From Bispira polyomma (lineage: Eukaryota): a DNA stretch of 64,000 bases. Made by a program: the position numbers and the translations under genes. The number at the start of each line of letters is the position of its first letter. Position 1 is the first letter of the stretch. Of this stretch, positions 60,165-64,000 are shown piece by piece. The stretch lies in contig OZ287759.1 of assembly GCA_965649765.1 (NCBI GenBank), forward strand, positions 8,184,001 to 8,248,000, read 5' to 3'. The notes beneath the pieces are model-generated. The model was given only the letters and a program-made list of their open reading frames with translations. It was not told the DNA's origin and did not search any database.

Positions 60165-60415
60165 ATAGTAAATCCAAAACTCATTTTGATCACAGTTTCT
60201 CCTACAATGCACCAAAACTCTGGAATATGCTCCTACTTCGTCATCTTTCAGGAGCAAATCAAAGACATACTTGTTTGCCAAGACTTCCCTCCCCAGCTAC
60301 ATGTTTATTTCGGCATCTTGAAAACAACCATCTTCCGTTAAAGAACGTTGCACGACTTGAATATATGATCAATGCGCCTTAGAATCCACTCGTGTGGAGA
60401 TTGGAGTTGCAATAA
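60165..60415 (+). mobile_element. L2 3' end
   Basis: HFDHSFSYNAPKLWN remnant; homologous to 46395-46690. Confidence 0.7.
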
Positions 60416-61039
60416 AAAAAATAGTTTTTACTGGTTTCTAAAATATATATATTAGCCCATCATCGATGCATTAATGTAGTGAGCCAAGAGAAACGATACA
60501 TTGAGCCGGGTTTTGCGACTCGATCATGTATTGAGTACTCCCTATTGGCCGAATTTTAGTATGCACCCAAAAGCACATTGTCGTCGTGAAAATGTAAGTT
60601 AATGTTCATTTTACACCTTAATTTGAAGGTATATTGTGGGAAAACATAAAAAAAGAGTAGTGTGTAGGTATGTATGAGCACTTTATTTGGTTGGAAATTG
60701 TTTGTCGATTAATCGACTGATACATCCGTGTGGGCGATAATCGATGCACTTCACACCCCCCGACTCGCAGCCTTATTAGCCCATAACAAGATGTAGTGTA
60801 ATGGTCATGATGTGGATATGGTGAAACTTTAAGGTTTGTACACAATTTTGTGCAATGATTCTTCTTAAATATATAGTTTTTAGTCAAACCGGTTCTGACT
60901 TTTGATTCCCAATAAATTGTTTTTATCATTTAAACCAAATGGAAAGCTATTATCCTAATGGAGATTAGGGACAATAAAAGTTTGATTATGTAAGATTAGA
61001 TTTCTAGCGACAGAAAATAAAGACATACACTACTTATAG

Positions 61040-61182
61040 GTGAAAAGAGAGTAATGGAAGACAACAGCAGCCCAGCTCCAGAAGACATGAAGAAGAGGAA
61101 AATAGAGGGAGACGTTACCATGGCCACTGTTTGTGATGTCATAGAGACCATTACTGAACCAGAGAAGATGTTGGGCCCGGAA
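61040..61182 (+). CDS. KAT2A: KAT2 exon 9
   Basis: GEKRVMEDN...KKRKIEGDVTMATVCDVIETITEPEKMLGPE matches PCAF GEKRK...GDIPMELINEVMSTITDPAAMLGPE; phases 1 to 0. Confidence 0.92.
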
Positions 61183-62236
61183 GTTAGTATTGCACACTTT
61201 AAATGTTTAATTTCCTGTTAAATAATTTAGAAATTTGACATTTTTTTCTTTTTACTGATCAATGTGAGTAATCTAGGACCTGTATAATTCCAAAGCTTGT
61301 TCCAAAACCTAATTTGACTGTTGTTTTTGCATGATTATGCCAATGCTTATTGGCATAATCCTGCTTTCCTGGAGAAAGGGAGTATTGAAAGAACCTTAGT
61401 TACTCATGGTTACAACGTGTCCACAGGGTAATCTCTGAATCTGTAAGGAGTTATGCTCTTAAATTTGGTATATATACACTTTTTGGTCTCTAGTTGTTCC
61501 AAAATTAATTTGGTGTGATTATATGCAGTATAGTAGAAGTTATTTAAGTTTTAAATATTGGGATCCTCAGATTTGATTGAAGGTTCATTACAGCCCATTT
61601 CAAATGGTTTCAAAAGGAATAAAAACTATACATGACAAACATTAGGTTTGGGAAGATATATAACATATATATACATTCTTCGGTTAATGGATGGTTGTGG
61701 CTGTAAGGAATATAAAATTTGCCACCATCTGAAATTCGCAACCCAGAAAATGTTTTGTTTTGTGTAGAATTGTGGTAATTATTTGCTTAAATTAATATTT
61801 TTATGAATAGTTTGCCTTCCTTACCATTGTTTGCCAGTTTTTATTTATTTGGCTTAAATTTTAGGGGTGGCGAATTTAAGATACAGGAGCAAATTTTAGA
61901 TTTCTTACTGTATTAAGCTGAGAAAAAAATATATGGTGAACCTAATATATTGCATACAGGTTAACTGGAATATTTTAAAGGATAAAAATTACAGAAGCTA
62001 TATGTGTCACAATAGGAATAAACCATATGGGGTGAGAAATGGATGGTTTTTGATGGCAGGAAATATATTGTTTTTGTTTGGTAACAATTATAATTGAACT
62101 AAGTGTTCCAGTGTAGCGCTAAAAAAGTGTATGGGGATACAAAATATGGCCAGAGGGGCTTGCCATATTTTTGTATCCCCTTGCAAAATAATGTATCCCC
62201 TGGAAAACAAATAAATTTATTCTCTGACTATATATA

Positions 62237-63591
62237 CAGTAAAACCTCTATTATCCGACCCTCTATTATCCAGATATTCGATTTTACGGCCGAAATATGA
62301 TATTCCCAACATTTCAGTCAATTATTGGACCCCCTGCACTTTTAAAATAGAACACACTTGCAGCACATAGCTGATCCCATGGGGTAATGTGAAAGGCCTA
62401 CTAAATAAAGCCACTGAAAACATGACCCACAACACACTAAAAAGAATAAAAGGTTCTTTTAATTGTACTTATCTAGTGTTTTTGAAGTAATCCTCTCTCC
62501 TCCTAGTCTGTTTATGATCAAAAGTGACAGCCGGTGAAAGTTAAACACAGTGTGTGCCGTTTATATGTGGAGGATCAATTACAAGACCCACAAGTTGGGA
62601 TTGCAACCCACCTCAACATATCTAGCCTTGAAATCGGCTTTGTGCAAAACTATCAAGTGGAAACTCTTTCTAAATATGCTCAGGTTTATGAAGTAAGATT
62701 ATCTTTAGTTTTACATTAGAAGGATTTCTTTGAGATGTAACTGTACTTCAAGTCCTTTAAAGTTGCATATTATTTGTTTAAGTGTTAATCCTGTCCATTG
62801 AATTTGTGTATAAATACAGCCACATTATGAACAATTTTTATTACACAAGATTAAGTTTCACTCTGTGTACATTCTGTATTTAAGAATTATGTCTATTCAA
62901 AAAGGTGTAAAACATAAGAGAACTGCACTAAGTCTTGAGACAAAGCTAGAGATAGTGAAAAAATTAAACTAGGAAGGACAAATGTGAGTTTGGCTGAGGA
63001 GTACAGTATAGGAAAGACTACTGTCAGTGATTTAAAAAGAGACCAGGATAAATTAATACAATTTATAAATACAGGAGTTGCTATGACTTTCTTGGCAAAA
63101 AATAGGCCCAGCCAGAGATCAACACAATGCACATGTCTGTACTCAGATTGTTAAGACAACAAACTTTAAATGAAAAAAAAACCACATGTAGAATCCAAAA
63201 AGAAATACTGCTCTTTTTAGTAAGTTGAGACTATAATTTAAGGGGCACTTTTTTTGTCGACAAATAAAATGTCAGTTAGAAATAGGAACACTTGTAAATG
63301 TATACATGTATATAAGTTTATTTTTGGGTTTTTATCTGAGTTTGTGTTCATCTTAACTTTATCCTTTTTTAAGGTAATGTTTTCTGTGTATTTCATTTAG
63401 TCCGTCTCTAAATTGTTTAATCTTCATGTACAGATATCACCAACTGAGCGATAATGTAAATAAATACATCTCCTGATAAGTGTTGTTGATGATTTGACCC
63501 TCCACTTGCATCCCTTTCTGTTATCCGACCCTTCTATTATCTGACCATATTGTAACTCTCCCTTGAAGGTCGGATAATAGAGGTTTGACTG
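62237..63591 (+). mobile_element. Internally deleted Tigger/pogo DNA transposon
   Basis: TA-CAGTAAAACCTCTATTATCCGACC...GGTCGGATAATAGAGGTTTGACTG-TA. Frameshifted CENP-B-type HTH from ATG 62889: KHKRTALSLETKLEIVKKL / LAEEYSIGKTTVSDLKRDQDKL. Confidence 0.88.
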
Positions 63592-63990
63592 TATCTATAA
63601 TAATTATATTTATAAGCTTAAACCTCATAAGCCATTTTAGCTGAGTGCTATTTTATTTACCTTTTGTGATTTAGATTATTAAAGGATAAAGTAAGTGTGA
63701 CTAAAATAATTAATCTATAAAAACCTTTTGTGATTTGTAAAATGTTTATGCATAGAACAGCGACAGTTTAGTAAAAACAAAATCTGTAATTGAATTAAAC
63801 ATGGGCTTTGATTAGGAAGGAATTAATTTAAGTGATAGATTTGTTTGGGGTGCTTCTGTACTGATGACTAGTACTTACTTTTGTTTATAGGGATAGTAAC
63901 TAGTGGTTCACTATCTCCTGACTAATTTTGGACGTTTTGCAAGCTATAACAGCTAAAAATGAAAATAAATTATGGTTTGGTCGTTTCTAG

Positions 63991-64000
63991 AGCTGGGGCC
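63991..64000 (+). CDS. KAT2A: Possible start of KAT2 exon 10 (truncated by window end)
   Basis: TTTCTAG acceptor followed by GC-richer sequence; only 10 nt visible. Confidence 0.35.

Noticed and set aside
61001-61039. Alternative upstream acceptor (TTTCTAG) for KAT2 exon 9
   Set aside because: Adds 32 nt, introducing an in-frame TAG; the 61039 acceptor restores homology.

Overview
AT-rich animal genomic DNA, not prokaryotic. It is probably a protostome/lophotrochozoan such as a mollusc; this is inferred from the repeat types and protein divergence. Two protein-coding genes are arranged divergently. (1) A NeuroD-family bHLH gene on the minus strand has an intronless CDS at 28764-29933 (389 aa), a probable non-coding exon 1 and TATA promoter near 32.4-33.2 kb, and a ~2.1 kb 3'UTR rich in miRNA seed matches. 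(2) The 5' half of a KAT2 (GCN5/PCAF) histone acetyltransferase gene is on the plus strand: nine phase-consistent exons at 49313-61182 encode the PCAF N-terminal domain and linker, and the gene runs off the window. The remainder is regulatory gene desert with tRNA-derived SINEs, L2/CR1 3' fragments, MITEs, a decayed Tigger/pogo element, a solo LTR and minisatellites. The most unusual observation is that three KAT2 splice donors are tandemly amplified. In intron 7 the array has 20 units of ~30 nt, most reading as a complete GT-branchpoint-YAG mini-intron joined head to tail. This is a candidate recursive-splicing ladder or poison switch placed just after the PCAF_N domain.
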